From Escherichia phage S143_2, in the sequence record MZ189261.1: a stretch of DNA of 64,000 nt; one strand, 5' to 3'. Below, piece by piece: positions 54,981-64,000 of this stretch. The stretch's first letter is position 1. The number at the start of each line of letters is the position of its first letter. Made by a program: the position numbers and the translations under genes. The notes below the pieces were generated by a model. That model saw only the letters and a list, made by a program, of their open reading frames with translations, was not told the DNA's origin and searched no databases.

Positions 54981-57900
54981 ATGGCCGACATCAAACGTAA
55001 GTTCAGAGCCGAAGACGGTCTGGACGCCGGTGGCGACAAGATTGTTAACGTAGCATTAGCCGACCGTACAGTAGGTACTGATGGCGTAAACGTTGACTTC
55101 CTGGTACAAGAAAACACCGTTCAAGTATATGATTCTACGCGTGGATATAACAAAGGATTTGTTGTTCTTTATGACAACCGTTTATATCAAGCAATAAATG
55201 ATATCGTGTCTCCTTCCGGGGCATTTAACCTTTTACAATGGCGTACAGTTCGCACCGATGCACAATGGATAACTGTCGCTTCTGGGACTTATCAACTTTC
55301 TTCAGGTGAATCGATTTCGGTTAACACTGGCGCCGGCAATGATATGGTTTTCACGTTGCCAAATGCGCCGGTTGATGGTGATACTGTTGTTTTGGCTGAT
55401 ATTGGTGGAAGAACCGGGACAGTTAAAGTACAGATTAACGCGTCTGTGCAGAGTATTTTAAACTTTAGAGGTGAACAAGTTCGTACAGTTTTAATGACGC
55501 GACCACGTTCACAACTAGTGTTTGTGTTTAGTAATCGTTTGTGGCAGATGTATATCATTGATTACGGTAAAGAATCAATCACTGTTACACCTGCGGCACC
55601 ATATCAAGCACAAGCAAATGATTTTATCGTTCGTCGTTTTACTAGTGCAGCACCAATCAACATTACACTTCCACGTAATGCTAACAATGGTGATATAATC
55701 AGCCTAGTCGATTTAGATAAATTAAACCCACTGTATCATACAATTGTTAAAACATTTGATGATACAACGTCTATTGGTGAAGTCGGGACTCATACTGCCG
55801 AAGGCAGAAATGACTCTGACGCGTTTTTTGTTTTTGATGCTGCAAATAGTTTATGGCGTATATGGGAAGGCGACCAGAAATCGCGTCTTCGTATTATCCG
55901 TGCGGATTCAAATATTCGTCCAAATGAAGAAGTTCTTATTTTTGGCACAAATAACGCTGCAACCGGAACTATTAATCTTACGCTGCCTACCGGAATTTTG
56001 AGTGGTGACACTGTTAAAATTTCAATGAACTACATGCGTAAAGGCCAAACAGTAAAAATTAAAGCTGCCGAAGGTGATACAATTGCTTCTTCTGTTGCGT
56101 TGCTTCAGTTCCCTAAACGTTCTGAATATCCACCTGATGCTCAATGGGTCTCTGTTACTGAACTAGAATTCAATGGCACTACTTCATATGTTCCTGTATT
56201 AGAATTATCGTATATCGAAGACACCGTTGCTGGTACACGTTATTGGGTTGTGCAACAGAATGTCCCTACGATAGAACGTGTTGATGCTGGAACTGATGCT
56301 ACACGAGCTCGTTTAGGTGTTATTGCTCTTGCAACTCAGGCACAGGCAAACGTTGATTTTGAAAATTCTCCGGCTAAAGAAGTTGCTATTACTCCTGAAA
56401 CGTTGGCAAATCGTACAGCAACTGAAGCTCGACGTGGTATCGCTAAAATTGCTACAACAGCACAAGTTAACCAGAATTCCACAGCATCATTTGTGGACGA
56501 TACTATTGTTACGCCTAAAAAACTAAATGAGCGTACAGCAACTGAAACTCGTCGCGGTCTTGCTGAAATTGCTACTCAGGCTGAAACCGATGCTGGTCTT
56601 GATGACACAACGATTATTACGCCTAAGAAATTACAGGCACGTCAGGGTTCCGAAACACTATCGGGTATAGTTAAATATGTATCGACTACTTCTGCTATTC
56701 CTGCTGAAACTCGTGGTGCCGCAGGCACTAACGTTTATAATAAAACCGTAAATAATTTAACTATTTCTCCTAAAGCCCTTGACCAATATAAAGCAACTTA
56801 TGCTCAACAAGGTGCAGTAATTTTAGCTATTGATAGTGAAGTAATTGCTGGACAATCTCAGTCTGGATACTCTCACGCTGTAGTAACTCCTGAAACACTA
56901 CATAAGAAAACTTCTACTGATGGACGTATTGGTTTAATTGAAATTGCTACGCAAGCAGAAACTAATGCTGGGACTGATTATACACGTGCAGTAACGCCTA
57001 AGACGTTAAATGATAGGAGAGCGACGGAAGGATTATCCGGCATAGCCGAAATTGCTACGCAAGTTGAATTTGATACTGGAACTGATGATACTCGTATCTC
57101 GACTCCACTGAAAATTAAAACTCATTTTGATTCTTCTGACCGTACCAGTGTTAATTCTGATTCCGGACTTATTGAAGAAGGAACCTTGTGGAACCATTAT
57201 ACTCTTGATATTTCTAAAGCAAATGAAACACAACGTGGTACACTTCGCGTAGCGACCCAGGCAGAATCTAATGCAGGAACTTTAGACGATGTTCTTATTA
57301 CTCCTAAAAAGCTTTTAGGGACTAAGTCCACTGAAACGTCTGAAGGCGTAATTAAGGTTGCTACTCAGGCTGAAACTGTAACAGGAACTTCTGCTAATAC
57401 TGCTGTATCTCCTAAGAATTTAAAATGGATTGTGCAGAGTGAACCAACATGGGCTGCTACTACGGTGATAAGAGGTTTTGTTAAAACTTCATCTGGTTCA
57501 ATTACATTCGTTGGTAATGATACAGTCGGTTCTACACAGAACTTAGAGCTATACGAGAAAAATAGCTATGCAGTATCACCGTATGAATTAAACCGTGTAT
57601 TAGCAAATTACTTGCCATTAAAAGCAAAAGCTGCTGACACGAATTTATTGGATGGTCTAGATTCATCTCAGTTCATTCGTAGGGACATTGCACAGACGGT
57701 TAATGGTTCACTAACCTTAACCCAACAAACGAATCTGAGTGCCCCTCTTGTATCATCTAGTACTGCTACGTTTGGTGGTTCTTTAGCTGCTAATTCTACA
57801 TTTACTATTCGTAATACAGGTGCTTCAACTCGTTTGATATTTGAAAAGGGACCACAAACTGGAAATAACCCGTTTCAAACCATGAATATCCGAGTATGGG

Positions 57901-58856
57901 GTAACCAATTCGCTGGTGGTTCTGATACAAGTCGTTCTACGATATTTGAAGTTGGTGATGAAACGTCTAATCACTTTTATTCTCAACGTAATAAAGCTGG
58001 GAATATAACATTTAGTATCAATGGTACTGTAATGCCAATAAATGTTAATGCTTCGGGTTCTTTGAATGCGAACGGCGTTGCAACATTTGGTAGCTCAGTT
58101 ACTGCTAATGGTGAATTCATCAGCAAGTCTGCAAACGCATTTAGAGCTATTAGTGGTAATTACGGATTCTTAATTCGTAATGATGGTTCTAATACCTATT
58201 TTCTGCTAACTAATTCAGGTGAACAGACAGGTGGTTTTAATGGATTACGTCCTATCGCGATAAATAATGCCTCCGGTTTAGTATCTATTGCCGAAGGATT
58301 AATTATTGCTAAAGGTGCTACTATAAATTCAGGTGGTTTAACTGTTAACTCTAGAATTCGTTCTCAGGGCACTAAAACATCTGACTTATATACCAGTGCT
58401 CCAACATCTGATACTGTAGGATTCTGGTCAATCGATATTAATGATTCAGCTACTTATAACCAGTTCCCAGGTTATTTTAAAATGGTTGAAAAAACTAATG
58501 AAGTGACTGGACTTCCATACTTAGAACGTGGTGAAGAAGTTAAATCTCCTGGTACATTGACTCAGTTTGGTAACACACTTGATTCGCTTTACCAAGATTG
58601 GATTACTTATCCAACAACTCCAGAAGCACGTACAACCCGTTGGACACGTACATGGCAGAAAACCAAAAACTCCTGGTCAAGTTTTGTTCAGGTATTTGAT
58701 GGTGGAAACCCTCCTCAACCTTCTGATATCGGCGCTTTACCTTCTGATAATGCAACAATCGGAAACTTGACAATAAGGGATTTCTTAAGGATTGGTAATG
58801 TCCGCATTATTCCAGACCCTGTGAATAAATCTGTTAAATTTGAGTGGATTGAATAA
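54981..58856 (+). CDS. 34: Long tail fibre proximal subunit gp34
   Basis: 1291 aa (T4 gp34 is about 1289); internal repeats of the (I/V)TPKKL...ATE...RG...IATQAE type. Confidence 0.95.
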   Translation: MADIKRKFRAEDGLDAGGDKIVNVALADRTVGTDGVNVDFLVQENTVQVYDSTRGYNKGFVVLYDNRLYQAINDIVSPSGAFNLLQWRTVRTDAQWITVASGTYQLSSGESISVNTGAGNDMVFTLPNAPVDGDTVVLADIGGRTGTVKVQINASVQSILNFRGEQVRTVLMTRPRSQLVFVFSNRLWQMYIIDYGKESITVTPAAPYQAQANDFIVRRFTSAAPINITLPRNANNGDIISLVDLDKLNPLYHTIVKTFDDTTSIGEVGTHTAEGRNDSDAFFVFDAANSLWRIWEGDQKSRLRIIRADSNIRPNEEVLIFGTNNAATGTINLTLPTGILSGDTVKISMNYMRKGQTVKIKAAEGDTIASSVALLQFPKRSEYPPDAQWVSVTELEFNGTTSYVPVLELSYIEDTVAGTRYWVVQQNVPTIERVDAGTDATRARLGVIALATQAQANVDFENSPAKEVAITPETLANRTATEARRGIAKIATTAQVNQNSTASFVDDTIVTPKKLNERTATETRRGLAEIATQAETDAGLDDTTIITPKKLQARQGSETLSGIVKYVSTTSAIPAETRGAAGTNVYNKTVNNLTISPKALDQYKATYAQQGAVILAIDSEVIAGQSQSGYSHAVVTPETLHKKTSTDGRIGLIEIATQAETNAGTDYTRAVTPKTLNDRRATEGLSGIAEIATQVEFDTGTDDTRISTPLKIKTHFDSSDRTSVNSDSGLIEEGTLWNHYTLDISKANETQRGTLRVATQAESNAGTLDDVLITPKKLLGTKSTETSEGVIKVATQAETVTGTSANTAVSPKNLKWIVQSEPTWAATTVIRGFVKTSSGSITFVGNDTVGSTQNLELYEKNSYAVSPYELNRVLANYLPLKAKAADTNLLDGLDSSQFIRRDIAQTVNGSLTLTQQTNLSAPLVSSSTATFGGSLAANSTFTIRNTGASTRLIFEKGPQTGNNPFQTMNIRVWGNQFAGGSDTSRSTIFEVGDETSNHFYSQRNKAGNITFSINGTVMPINVNASGSLNANGVATFGSSVTANGEFISKSANAFRAISGNYGFLIRNDGSNTYFLLTNSGEQTGGFNGLRPIAINNASGLVSIAEGLIIAKGATINSGGLTVNSRIRSQGTKTSDLYTSAPTSDTVGFWSIDINDSATYNQFPGYFKMVEKTNEVTGLPYLERGEEVKSPGTLTQFGNTLDSLYQDWITYPTTPEARTTRWTRTWQKTKNSWSSFVQVFDGGNPPQPSDIGALPSDNATIGNLTIRDFLRIGNVRIIPDPVNKSVKFEWIE

Positions 58857-58864
58857 GAGGTATT

Positions 58865-59992
58865 ATGGAAAAATTTATGGCTAAGTTTGGACAAGGATAC
58901 GTCCAAACGCCATTTTTATCGGAAAGCAATTCAGTACGATTTAAATTAAGCATAGCGGGCTCTTGCCCGTTATCAACATCTCCTACTTATATTAAGTTCC
59001 AAGATAATCCACTTGGGTCCCAGGTTTTTTCCGTTGGATTAAACGTTCGTGTAATAAATCCTACAACAGGTGCAGTAGTTGAATCCAAGTCGTATGATTT
59101 CTCTACTGAAAACGACGCCACGTCAAGTGCATTTGTTACTTACATGGACACATATGCTTCTAATTTTATATTTGCTCTTGTTACTAATGCTAAAACAAAC
59201 TTTCCACCCGAAGTTCTTGCATGGTTTACCAAAGCTGGGAGTTCTGTTATTCCATTAGCCCAACAAGTTTTAAATATAGTGGACATTTCTTATTCGGCAT
59301 TTTATATTTCTGGTAAGAATGCTATAGCACTAGAACATATTAAGTATAGTAATAAGAAAACTTCAACCGACTATAGTACACCACTTGATGTTGTGTATGA
59401 CACGATTGATGATATTGGTGCTACCGGCTTCCCTAGTCGTACGTACGAATCGTCAGACACATTTTTATCTGCTGTTGGAGGTACTAATAATGAAATTAAA
59501 AGGATGCCTACAACATCCCTTATTACACCTCTCGCTGGGTATAAATTGAAGGCTGGAGATTTCCTTTATATGAAATTCCAACTAATGGCCGATGCTGATT
59601 TGTTAGCACAAGGGACGACACGACTTTCTATTCGGTTCTTTAAATCTCCTTCTACTTCACCTATTTCATTTAAGGATATAAACTTTGATGGGGGTGCAGG
59701 TGAATGGAAGATATATGAAGACTACATAGAAATTCCTGCTGGTGCCGACGGGTTCACGATTTATTGTTATCGTACAGCTCCAGTAGGGCAAGGTGGATTA
59801 AGAAACGTTATATTCACTGAAGTATCATGTAATGGAAGCGTTTCAAAACCTGCAGAGTTTGGTATAAATGGTATTCGTGTAAATTATGTTTCAGAATCTT
59901 TAAGCGCCCCAGACATAATGACATTACCTACTCAATCTTCAACTGATACTGGTAAGGTATTTGGACAAGAATTTAAAGAAGCATCAGAATAA
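58865..59992 (+). CDS. 35: Long tail fibre hinge connector gp35
   Basis: 375 aa; synteny 34-35-36-37. Confidence 0.88.
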   Translation: MEKFMAKFGQGYVQTPFLSESNSVRFKLSIAGSCPLSTSPTYIKFQDNPLGSQVFSVGLNVRVINPTTGAVVESKSYDFSTENDATSSAFVTYMDTYASNFIFALVTNAKTNFPPEVLAWFTKAGSSVIPLAQQVLNIVDISYSAFYISGKNAIALEHIKYSNKKTSTDYSTPLDVVYDTIDDIGATGFPSRTYESSDTFLSAVGGTNNEIKRMPTTSLITPLAGYKLKAGDFLYMKFQLMADADLLAQGTTRLSIRFFKSPSTSPISFKDINFDGGAGEWKIYEDYIEIPAGADGFTIYCYRTAPVGQGGLRNVIFTEVSCNGSVSKPAEFGINGIRVNYVSESLSAPDIMTLPTQSSTDTGKVFGQEFKEASE

Positions 59993-59997
59993 ATTTA

Positions 59998-60020
59998 GGG
60001 AGACTTCGGTCTCCCATTTT
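59998..60020 (+). terminator. Intrinsic terminator (GGGAGAC-UUCG-GUCUCCC plus T-run) after gene 35
   Basis: Same 18-nt hairpin as after gene 23, followed by ATTTTTG. Confidence 0.65.
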
Positions 60021-60022
60021 TG

Positions 60023-60030
60023 TATAAATA
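60023..60030 (+). promoter_or_regulatory. Late promoter TATAAATA for gene 36
   Basis: TATAAATA about 25 nt upstream of gene 36 ATG, with AAGGAG SD in between. Confidence 0.55.
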
Positions 60031-60054
60031 TGGTATACATATAAGGAGACAACT

Positions 60055-60717
60055 ATGGCCGATTTAAAAGCTGGTAGTACAACTGGCGGTGCCGTTATAT
60101 GGCACCAAGGTAATTTCCCTTTAATGCCAGCAGGTGATGACGTCCTGTATAAAACGTTTAAACTCTATTCAGAATATAATAAACCACAAGCTGCTGATAA
60201 CGATTTCGTTTCTAAAGCTAATGGTGGTACTTACGCCGCAACTGTTCGATTTAATGGAGGCGTACATGTTCCTACTATAGGTAGTAGTCAACAGTGTGGT
60301 GTTTATCCAGGTAACGGTGATGCAGCTACTTTTGCTATGGCAAATATTGACATCGTTTCGTGGAATGGTATTGGTTTTAAGTCATCACAAGGTTCAGCCG
60401 ACCGAACTGTTGTAATTAATGCACGTAATGGTGATATTAGTACAAAAGGCGTTGTGACAGCAGTAGGTCAAATAAGAACTAATGCAGTTGCTCCAGTTGC
60501 AGCGAATGATCTCACAAGAAAAGATTACGTTGATGGACGAATAAATATTGTTACAGATAACGCAAATTCCCGTGTATTGCGTTCTGGCGATACCATGGCT
60601 GGTACTTTAACAGCACCAAACTTTTTCTCACAGAATCCGGCGTCTGAGGCTAATCATGTTCCTCGTTTCGACCAGATTGTAATTAAAGATTCTGTTCAAG
60701 ATTTCGGCTATTATTAA
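60055..60717 (+). CDS. 36: Long tail fibre distal connector gp36
   Basis: 220 aa (T4 gp36 is about 221). Confidence 0.88.
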   Translation: MADLKAGSTTGGAVIWHQGNFPLMPAGDDVLYKTFKLYSEYNKPQAADNDFVSKANGGTYAATVRFNGGVHVPTIGSSQQCGVYPGNGDAATFAMANIDIVSWNGIGFKSSQGSADRTVVINARNGDISTKGVVTAVGQIRTNAVAPVAANDLTRKDYVDGRINIVTDNANSRVLRSGDTMAGTLTAPNFFSQNPASEANHVPRFDQIVIKDSVQDFGYY

Positions 60718-60725
60718 GAGGACTT

Positions 60726-63700
60726 ATGGCTACATTAAAACAGATACAATTTAAAAGAAGCAAAGTAGCAGGAGTTAATCCTACTGCAGCACAATTAGCC
60801 GAAGGCGAATTAGCGATAAACTTAAAAGATCGAACTCTTTTTACTAAAGATGACCTCGGTAATATTATTAGCCTAGGCTTTGCTAAGGGCGGGGATATTA
60901 ACGGTAATGTAACTCAAAATGGAGATTATTTACAGAACGGTACATATAATCTCAATGGAAACCAGTTTGTTTATGCAGGAAAATATATTGAATTTTTACC
61001 TAAAACTGCAGGCAATGGTGCTTGGGCTAACCAACATCTGAATAAAGCTCCTATCTTTACAGATTTGAGTTCAACTACTTCTGTTTCAGAATATCATCCG
61101 CTGATTAAACAACGCTATAAAGATGGAACTTTTTCTGTTGGTACGTTAGTAAACGAAGGAAGTTTTAAAATTCATTTTATGAATGAATCTGGTGATTCGA
61201 AATATTGGACGTTTCGCCGTGACGGTGGATTTACTGTTGATGGTGGAGGTTTAGCAGTATCAGGAGGTAGTATAACTACATCTGGAAATATTGCAGCTCT
61301 CGGAAATATTACTTCGCCTCAGATTAATACTAAAAATATTATTTTAGACACAAAAGCATTCGGACAATATGATTCACAGTCATTAGTTCAATATGTTTAT
61401 CCTGGAACAGGTGAAGAAAATGGTATAAACTATCTTCGTAAAGTTCGAGCTAAATCAGGCGGAACTATTTACCATGAAATTGCTTCTGCGCAGACTGGTA
61501 AGAATGATGAAATTTCTTGGTGGACCGGAAATACACTTACCACTAAATTAATGGGTCTTCGTAATGATGGCGCAATGGTATTACGTCGTTCACTTGCTAT
61601 TGGCACAATTACCACTGATGAAAATACTAACAACTATGGCTCTCCTACTCCAATGGGAGAAAGATATATTGCTTTAGGTGATGCCGCCACTGGTTTAAAA
61701 TACATTAAGCAGGGTGTTTATGATTTAGTAGGTAATTGGAATTCTGTTGCTTCTATTACTCCTGACAGTTTCCGTAGTACTCGTAAAGCATTATTTGGAC
61801 GCTCAGAAGACCAAGGCGGAACCTGGTCAATGCCTGGCACTAATGCCGCTTTCTTGTCTGTTCAAACACAAGCTGATAATAACAATGCTGGAGACGGCCA
61901 GACACATATTGGTTATAACTCCGGTGGAAAAATGTCGCACTATTTCCGTGGTACAGGTCAGATGAATATCAATACCCAACAAGGTATGGAAATTAACCCG
62001 GGTATTTTGAAATTGGTAACTGGCTCTAATAATGTACAGTTTTATGCTGACGGCACTATTTCTTCTATTCAATCTATTAAATTGGATAATGAGATATTTT
62101 TAAATAACTCTAATAATATTGCAGGCCTTAAATTTGGCGCCCCTAGCAAAGTTGATGGAACAAGAGCTATCCAATGGAACGGTGGTACTCGCGAAGGACA
62201 GAATAAAAACTATGTGATTATTAAAGCATGGGGTAACTCATTTAATGCCGCTGGTGATAGATCTCGCGAAACGGTTTTCCAAGTATCAGATAGACAAGGA
62301 TATTATTTTTATGCTCATCGTAAAGCTCCAACCGGCGACGAAACTATTGGACGTATTGAAGCTCAGTTTGCTGGAGAACTTAATGCTAAAAGTATTAATG
62401 CCATCGAAAATTTTAAAGTTAATGGGTCAAGCACTTTAGTCGGTAATGTTACCGTGTCTAATGGTTTGTTTGTCCAAGGTGGTTCTTCTATTACCGGCCA
62501 AGTTAAAATCGGCGAAACTGGCGACGCATTAAGAATTTGGAATGCCGAATATGGCGCTATTTTCCGTCGTTCAGAAGATAAGCTTTATATTATTCCAACT
62601 GCGCAAAATGCTGGTGAATCAGGTGATATTTCTAATTTACGTCCGTTCTATATTACATTAAGTAACGGTAAAGTTGTCATGGGTCATGATGTAGATATCG
62701 GTGGCGGTAGATTTAAAGTAGAAACTAGTGGAACAACATCAGGGCAAGCTATCACAATTAACGCTAATAACGCCGCGCTTATTATTAACTCGGCTTCATC
62801 GACCAACGCTGTTTATATTCAGGGTAAAAAAGCTAATACGGTTAAATGGTACGTTGGTAATGGGAGTGGTAGTTCAGATGAACTTAACTTATATAATAAT
62901 GCATTAGGTCATGGGGTTGCATTTAGAACCGACGATGTTCTTTTTTCAAAACCATTAAAAGTTGGTAATGCTCAATTCGGTACTGACGGTAATATCACTG
63001 GTGGTTCTGGTAATTTTGCTAACTTGAATACCACAATAAATAACCTTAAGATAGATATTGTGTCGAGTTATCCAATTGGTGCTCCGATTCCTTGGCCTAC
63101 TGATACACCTCCTGAAGGTTATGCCATCATGGAAGGCCAGACGTTTGATACTGACTTGTATCCTAAGTTAGCTGCGGTGTATCCTTCCGGCGCTCTGCCT
63201 GATATGCGTGGTCAAACTATCAAGGGTAAACCATCTGGGCGTGATGTATTAAGTACAGAAGCAGACGGTGTTAAGTCACATAGCCATAGTGCAAGTGCGT
63301 CAAGCACGGATTTAGGTACTAAGACCACTTCTAGTTTTGATTACGGTAGCAAAACGACTTCAAGCTTTGATTATGGTACTAAAACCAGTAATACTACTGG
63401 TAACCATAACCATACAGTGAGTGGTAATACTAGTGCCGCTGGTAACCACCGGCACTCACAAACTGGCCCAAGGGGTCCTAATAACCAACCAACAGGAATA
63501 TATCCTAATGGAGCTACTGCAATTAGTGGATCCCAGGTTCTTTCTTTTGCCACAAGCAACAAAATCGTGCCTGGTATAGGCCAATATATTGCAAAGTCAT
63601 CGACAGAAGGTAACCATACCCACTCTTGGTCAGGAACTACTAGCACCACAGGTAACCATGCCCACACTGTCGGTATTGGTGCACATACACATACTGTAGG

Positions 63701-63827
63701 CATAGGTGCTCATACTCACACGGTAGCTATTGGTTCCCATGGTCATACAATAACCGTAAATGCCACAGGAAATACAGAAAACACAGTTAAAAACGTTGCT
63801 TTTAACTATATCGTTCGTTTAGCATAA
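60726..63827 (+). CDS. 37: Long tail fibre distal subunit gp37 (receptor-binding tip)
   Basis: 1033 aa; C-terminal His-x-His-rich repeats ([34 protein letters not shown] x2, GSHGHTI) as in the T4 gp37 needle domain. Confidence 0.93.
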   Translation: MATLKQIQFKRSKVAGVNPTAAQLAEGELAINLKDRTLFTKDDLGNIISLGFAKGGDINGNVTQNGDYLQNGTYNLNGNQFVYAGKYIEFLPKTAGNGAWANQHLNKAPIFTDLSSTTSVSEYHPLIKQRYKDGTFSVGTLVNEGSFKIHFMNESGDSKYWTFRRDGGFTVDGGGLAVSGGSITTSGNIAALGNITSPQINTKNIILDTKAFGQYDSQSLVQYVYPGTGEENGINYLRKVRAKSGGTIYHEIASAQTGKNDEISWWTGNTLTTKLMGLRNDGAMVLRRSLAIGTITTDENTNNYGSPTPMGERYIALGDAATGLKYIKQGVYDLVGNWNSVASITPDSFRSTRKALFGRSEDQGGTWSMPGTNAAFLSVQTQADNNNAGDGQTHIGYNSGGKMSHYFRGTGQMNINTQQGMEINPGILKLVTGSNNVQFYADGTISSIQSIKLDNEIFLNNSNNIAGLKFGAPSKVDGTRAIQWNGGTREGQNKNYVIIKAWGNSFNAAGDRSRETVFQVSDRQGYYFYAHRKAPTGDETIGRIEAQFAGELNAKSINAIENFKVNGSSTLVGNVTVSNGLFVQGGSSITGQVKIGETGDALRIWNAEYGAIFRRSEDKLYIIPTAQNAGESGDISNLRPFYITLSNGKVVMGHDVDIGGGRFKVETSGTTSGQAITINANNAALIINSASSTNAVYIQGKKANTVKWYVGNGSGSSDELNLYNNALGHGVAFRTDDVLFSKPLKVGNAQFGTDGNITGGSGNFANLNTTINNLKIDIVSSYPIGAPIPWPTDTPPEGYAIMEGQTFDTDLYPKLAAVYPSGALPDMRGQTIKGKPSGRDVLSTEADGVKSHSHSASASSTDLGTKTTSSFDYGSKTTSSFDYGTKTSNTTGNHNHTVSGNTSAAGNHRHSQTGPRGPNNQPTGIYPNGATAISGSQVLSFATSNKIVPGIGQYIAKSSTEGNHTHSWSGTTSTTGNHAHTVGIGAHTHTVGIGAHTHTVAIGSHGHTITVNATGNTENTVKNVAFNYIVRLA

Positions 63828-63832
63828 GGAGA

Positions 63833-63852
63833 AGGGACTTCGGTCCCTTTTT
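63833..63852 (+). terminator. Hairpin (AGGGAC-UUCG-GUCCCU plus T-run) after gene 37
   Basis: GC stem with UUCG loop followed by TTTTT, immediately before the gene 38 start. Confidence 0.55.
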
Positions 63853-63857
63853 ATAAT

Positions 63858-64000
63858 ATGAAACTCTATCACTATTATTTTGACACTAAAGAATTTTACA
63901 AAGAAGAAAATTATAAACCATTAAAAGGCGTAGGATTTCCGGCTCATTCGACACCAAAAAAACCTTTAGACCCTAAAGAAGGCTATGCTGTTGTATTTGA
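63858..64000 (+). CDS. 38: Tail fibre assembly chaperone gp38, T4-type (3'-truncated by window edge)
   Basis: MKLYHYYFDTKEFYKEENYKPLKGVGFPAHSTPKKPLDPKEGYAVVF matches the T4 gp38 N-terminus as recalled; ORF runs off the window. Confidence 0.8.
   Translation, partial: MKLYHYYFDTKEFYKEENYKPLKGVGFPAHSTPKKPLDPKEGYAVVF

Noticed and set aside
63371-63703. 110-aa Trp/Pro/Val-rich - strand ORF in the gp37 C-terminus
   Set aside because: Reverse-frame reading of the His-x-His repeat DNA; artefact of the repeats.
63306-63750. Short tandem repeats as a possible CRISPR array or mobile-element repeat
   Set aside because: The repeats are in-frame codon repeats of the gp37 His-x-His needle motifs; no spacer/repeat periodicity typical of CRISPR and no cas genes.

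Overview
This window reads as a T4-like myovirus (Tevenvirinae, T4-type) genome segment with gene order conserved relative to T4 as I recall it; all identifications are from reading the translations, motifs and synteny, with no database search run. The + strand carries late morphogenesis genes: neck 13/14, tail completion 15, terminase 16/17, tail sheath 18, tail tube 19, portal 20, prohead core 67/68/21/22, major capsid 23, vertex 24, uvsW, baseplate hub 51/27/28/29/48/54, and long tail fibre 34/35/36/37 with the start of 38. The - strand carries early/middle genes: rnlB, hoc, inh, uvsY, 25/26, alt, DNA ligase 30, the 30.x cluster, rIII, 31, cd, pseT, spanins, alc, rnlA, denA, nrdB, nrdA, td, frd, 32, 59, 33, dsbA and rnh. 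Regulatory signals are plentiful: TATAAATA late promoters, GTTTAC-N17/18-TACTAT early promoters on the - strand, MotA-box middle promoters, and GC-rich UUCG/GAAG tetraloop hairpins. I do not see a convincing multi-gene novel system. The features that depart from the T4 backbone are a full-length DAHP synthase (aroG/aroH-like) between cd and pseT, a GIY-YIG seg-like homing endonuclease between genes 13 and 14, an early-gene islet between 23 and 24, repeated promoter/RBS/hairpin cassettes, and several small ORFs of unknown function. td and nrdB are uninterrupted (no introns). No tRNA, rRNA or CRISPR array was recognised.
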